Source: Takakia lepidozioides (taxonomy: Eukaryota > Plantae > Bryophyta). From it: a DNA stretch of 64,000 nt. Shown here piece after piece: positions 59,465 through 64,000 of this stretch (within the stretch, counting starts at the first letter, position 1; each line of letters opens with the position of its first letter). The DNA lies in NCBI GenBank assembly GCA_030704615.1, contig CM060732.1, positions 6,448,001-6,512,000 on the forward strand, given 5' to 3'. The position numbers and the translations under genes were made by a program. Below the pieces are notes generated by a model. It saw nothing but the letters and a program-made list of their open reading frames with translations. It searched no databases and was not told the origin of the DNA.

Positions 59465-61054
59465 TGTCGCGCACCTCACTTCGGTAAGCTCCCCCTCAAG
59501 TCATAGTTACTCGCTTTGATGCGCGCGCCTGACTCCCAACCTGGCCGCCGGGTCAACTTGGAGCTTCGGCTGCTCACCGGGGCATAACGGCCCCCCTTTG
59601 TTCTCCCAAAGAACCCTCCACCGATTTGGAACCAGCGGGAATTCCCTTTGGTAGTTGGCAGTCCGGAACAGCTCCCCACTCTTTGGTCGCTTTCCGGCTC
59701 GCTCGCTTACTCACTAGTTTTTGGTCACCAACGGGCTTGCACCGTTCTCGGGGGTTACTACTCCCTATATATACTTCTGTAGCTGTCGCGGGGGTTTCAC
59801 AACCAGCCATGCCATTTTATGGCGAACCACCACGAAAACCCTCGACTCCCGTGATGAGTCGCGGTGAGTCTTGGCCCACTCACCACGGCCCCTATGGACC
59901 GTGATGAGTCCCAAGACTCCCCACGACTCCCACCACGAGGTCTCCGCCCCCATGGTGAGTCCTATGCCACCCCCACTAAGTCCCGCTAAGCTACCACCCA
60001 CCCCCTTGTGGAGCCACCCCACCGCAACCCGGTGTGCGGGGCTCCATCTAGTGAGCGCCTCCGCCTCCTTGAGTGCCTTGGGCACTCAAGGGTGCTTCAG
60101 TCCCCCCATACCTATCGCTGCCGCTGCCCCCACCACAGGGGCAGCCCCTCATGTCCCGACCCCCCGCCCTCAAGGCAAAGGGCCGCGACACACACCCCCC
60201 TACCAACAGGGAGTCGATGTCCTCATCGACTTGTCCATTTTGTAGAAACGAACATCCAAGTTGTGGCGTCCCACATCAAGGAGTTTGTTTCCGTACCATG
60301 GCGTCCCATGACAAAGAACCAAACCCCACACTTGACTCTACTCTCCACTAGCTAGTTCGGCCGACTTCCTCCAAGTCCCGGCGAGGGGTGGAGCCTCTCA
60401 AGCTCCTCCCAATGCACTCTTCTTGGCCTTCTTCAAGGTCAAGGAACGATCCTCCCCGAGGATCGAATCGCCTTACTGCAACAACATTGCTTGCGATCGC
60501 TCCTGATGCCGCTTTTGGCATCACTTTGCGCAAGGGTTCACCTCGAACCCCCTTTGACTAGGAAGATAACCTTGAACCAATCGTGCGCCCCAATCACTAC
60601 AATTGGGTCCGTCTTGGAATGTTGGCTGAGGTACGGGAACACGTCGAAGCCGCACTACGACTTCGTCCCGAGGCTACACGATTATAGTACGTGAACGGAA
60701 GCACATAGCTTCCGCGTTAGCCCGCACTACAAGGCAACCACCTCGGTAGCGCAGGTACGCGCACGCGCGGCCAGTGCGCACTAGCACGTGAACTCCCAAA
60801 GAATGCGCATGTTTCCTTGCCCCTTGGATGGGAGTCACCCGATTTTGGCACTGCGCAAACACAATTAACCCAATTTACCTCTCCCACTTTTGTAAGCTAG
60901 CATGCATTCTACACACTAGCCACCACCATGCATCATCATTCCAAACAAATAGGACACACAACATTTGGAACCCATTTCCTTTATAACAAATTTTTGTACA
61001 ATACAAGTTTTTGCAATCGGATTCCTGAGCTAGCTAAGCCGGGCTAAGCATGCA
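59465..61054 (-). repeat. Probable 3' LTR of the chromodomain gypsy element
   Basis: Starts with TG directly after a purine tract (61056-61072 on minus), has TATATATAG at ~59765-59773 (minus) and ends GCGCGACA. The partner LTR is outside the window. Confidence 0.6.
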
Positions 61055-61099
61055 TTTCCTCCCCCACGCTCCAAGGTTGATGTCCCCATCAACGCTTCT

Positions 61100-64000
61100 T
61101 CTTCCGCTTTTGAGGTCGCCCTTCGAACTGCAACCGCCTCGGATGCGTTTCCCATTTCTGAGGCACGCACCCAAGATGCCTCCACATGATGAATCCCCTT
61201 CCATTTGACGAGATACTCCGTTTCTCGGTTCTTGAACCTCCTCGCCTTAAGTACTGCCTCCACCTCGTACTCAGGTTCATTTTCATGATCCAACAGTACA
61301 GGTGGCGGACGCAACACTTGATGCCAATTCGGACGCGCTTCATCTTTGAAGTAAGGCTTCAAAAGGGAGACGTGAAATACTGGATGCATCTTTGTTGTTT
61401 GCCGTAGCTCCAATTCATACACATCCTCATTCATAACCTTCCGGATGCGAAAGGGTCCCGCATACGGAGGTACGAACTTTGGACTCACTTCCGGAGGTAG
61501 TCGGAAATTCTTGATGTTCAACCCAGACCTCCATGCCTGCCTCAAACTTCACTTCCCTCCGCTTCCGATTCGCCTGCCTTTCATACCGTTTCCTAGCTTT
61601 GGTAATGTTGTACTTTGCGAGCTTCAACAAACGCTCGTGTTCTTCTAGTACCGCCGCTACTGCCGGTTCCTCAACGTCCTGGGCGGCCCAACTTGTCGGC
61701 ACCAGAGGTGCTTTTCCATAGACCAATACAAAAGGGGAAACTCCCGTTGCGGAGTGTTCTGTGTTATTATAAAGAACTCTGCCACGTCTAAGTGTTCCAC
61801 CCAGTCTGTTTGGTCTGCCGACACGTAATTCCGCAAGATCTGCTTCACTACGGAATTCACTCTTTCTGTTTGGCCGTCGGTCGTAGGTCGGAAGGCGGTG
61901 CTCATCTTCAGCCTCGTCCCCATCTTCTTCCAAAGTGTCCTCCAAAATTTTCTCGTAAACTTTGGATCGCGGTCCGAGACAATATCCTTTGGGACTCCAT
62001 GATGCTTTAAGCCGTGGGCGAAGTAAAGTCGCCCTGTTTCCTGCGCCGTTGCCGTCTTCTTGGTGGCGATGAAATGACCCATTTTACTGAACCTATCCAC
62101 CACCACCATGATGCATCGAATCCTTTTGACAGCGGCATAGCAGTCATAAAATCCATCGAGACGCTTTCCCAAGTCCCCTCTGGAATCGGCAAGGGTTGTA
62201 ACAGCCCCGTTTGCTTTTTGTACTCGCTCCGGTTTTGTTGGCATGTGGTGCATGTCTTCACATACTCCTCTGCCTCCTCCCTCAGTTTGGGCCAGAAATA
62301 CTCTTTCTTCAAGAGTGCCGCAGTGCGCTTGGCTCCGCCGTGGCCCGCAAGCGGGCTATCATGGCATTCTCTCAAGAGGCTATCTCTGATCCCTCCCCCT
62401 TCGGCACGTAGAGACGCTTTTGCTTATACCGGAGCAGTCCATTTTGCAAGTGGAACTGCGATTTAACCCCCATCTTCAAGTCCTGCATCACGGACTTCGC
62501 CAGCTCATCCTTCCGGCAAGCCTTCCGGATCTTCCTTTGGAGCGCCGTCTCGCCCTTGTACACCAACAAGAGCTGCTGCTTTCTACTTTAAAGCATCGGC
62601 TACCACGTTGTCTCGTCCCGGTTTGTACTGATATCCACGTCGAACACTGCCAAAGTATCTTGTCACCTAAGTTGTTTTGGGGACAACTTGGGCTGCATGG
62701 CAAAATACTTCACCGTGACATTGTCCGTGAACACCTTCACTGGGTTGGAACCAACATAGTGGCGCCAAAGCTCAAGACATGCACCACCGCCTTCATCTCT
62801 TTCTCGTGCGTTGGCCACCGTCGCTCCACTTCATTCAATTTCTTACTTTCGTAAGCCACTGGACGTTCATCTTGCATCAGTACACCCCCAATCGGGAAGT
62901 CCGACGCATCTGTATGTATTTCGAACGGACGATCGAACTCCGGGATTTTCAAGACTGGAGCTTCCGCCATCCGCTGCTTCAATTCAGCAAAAGCTTGGCC
63001 ACACAAGGTGTTCTATACCCAGACTTTGGATTTACACAGAAGGTCTGACAACGGCCCCGCGATCTTGGCGAAATTTCTCACATACTTCCGGTAATAGGAG
63101 GCGAGTCCTAGGAAGGATCGCACTCCCGGGACCGAAGTCGGAGGGTCCCAGTCCAAGATCGCCCTCACCTTTCTGTCATCCATTTTGATCCCATCCTGTG
63201 TAATCACATGCCCCAGGAACTCCACTTTTATGACCCCGAATTCACACTTTGAAGCTTTGGCATACAGCTTCCCTTCTCGCAATTTTTGGAACACCCTTTT
63301 CAGGTGTTCTAGGTGCTCCTCCTTTGTTTTCGAGTACACCAAGATGTCATCGATGTACACGATCTCAAAGTCATCCAACCACTCCTGAAAAAGGCTGTTC
63401 ATCAGCGTGCTAAATGTCGCTGGTGCATTGGTGAGCCCAAAAGGCATCACCAAGAACTCAAATGAACCATACCTTGTCCTGCACGCGGTCTTCTCCTCAT
63501 CTCCTTCCGCCACCCGAATTTGATGATAGCCGGAGCGCAAGTCGATCCGGCTGAAATACTTCGCTCCTGCCAACCGATCAAAGAGGTCGTCGATCCTTGG
63601 CAAAGGGTACCGGTTTTTGATAGTCACCTTATTCAGAGCCCTGTAATCGACACACATCCGCAGCGTCCCATCCTTTTTATCTGCAAATAGCACCGGGGCT
63701 CCGTAAGGTGACTTACTCGGCCAGATGTACCCCTTTGACATTAGATCTTTGAGCTGAGTCTTCAGCTCGACCAACTCTCTGTGGCTCAACTGGTAGGGCG
63801 CCTTGGTAGGCGGTTCCAATCCCGGTATCACCTCAATCTTGTGGTCAACTCCTCTTCTCGGTGGCAAACCACTTGGTAAATCCTCCGGCATCACATCCTA
63901 GTATTTCTCCAAAATCCCCTTGATCCAATCTGGGCTCGGCTCCCCATCGCCTTCTCCCTTCACTTCTCTAATGTAGAGCAAAAACTGGGGCTCGTGTGCC
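61100..64000 (-). mobile_element. pol: Ty3/gypsy chromovirus pol (RT-RH-INT-chromodomain), pseudogenised; continues beyond the window
   Basis: [31 protein letters not shown]...CTTC, VVVDRFSK, SDRDPKF, DGQTERVN, YAGPF, HPVFHVSLLK, chromodomain YEVEAVL...EYLVKWKG...ASW; several frameshifts. Confidence 0.96.

Overview
Eukaryotic, transposon-rich land-plant DNA. PLS/DYW PPR genes, spliceosomal introns and non-seed-plant-style TEs suggest a bryophyte or similar lineage (inference). Only one host gene is clearly intact: an 11-exon alpha/beta-hydrolase (9105-14429, +). Left part: right end of a hAT-type element (1-1379), a decayed cluster of PLS-E-DYW PPR genes with upstream OSB-type PDF motifs (2050-6780), a hAT MITE (15172-15665), a ~540-bp-arm inverted repeat made of gypsy gag DNA (16182-18161), LTR-like relics and a LINE ORF1 relic. 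The centre is a nested stack. A hAT transposase gene (25400-54728) is split exactly in frame by a 27.2-kb TIR element with a 9-bp TSD (25953-53129, Mutator-like). That element is in turn split by a 13.5-kb full-length Ty3/gypsy element (34871-48376, TSD AGCGG). Without the LTR element, the ~13.7-kb Mutator-like element carries a SWIM-finger transposase-like gene, a spliced but pseudogenised gene fusing a ParB/Srx-like domain to a beta-class amino-(N6A/N4C) DNA-methyltransferase-like domain, a divergent pair of paralogous unknown ORFs, and about 50 copies of a 22-bp palindrome (GGAAATGCGGCGCCGCATTTCC) in two regularly spaced arrays and in introns. This is the best candidate for an undescribed system: a TE-encoded DNA-binding/modifying protein with cognate cis sites. 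The right end holds a decayed RING-finger gene and the 3' half of a chromodomain Ty3/gypsy element. No searches were run; domain calls come from motif recognition.
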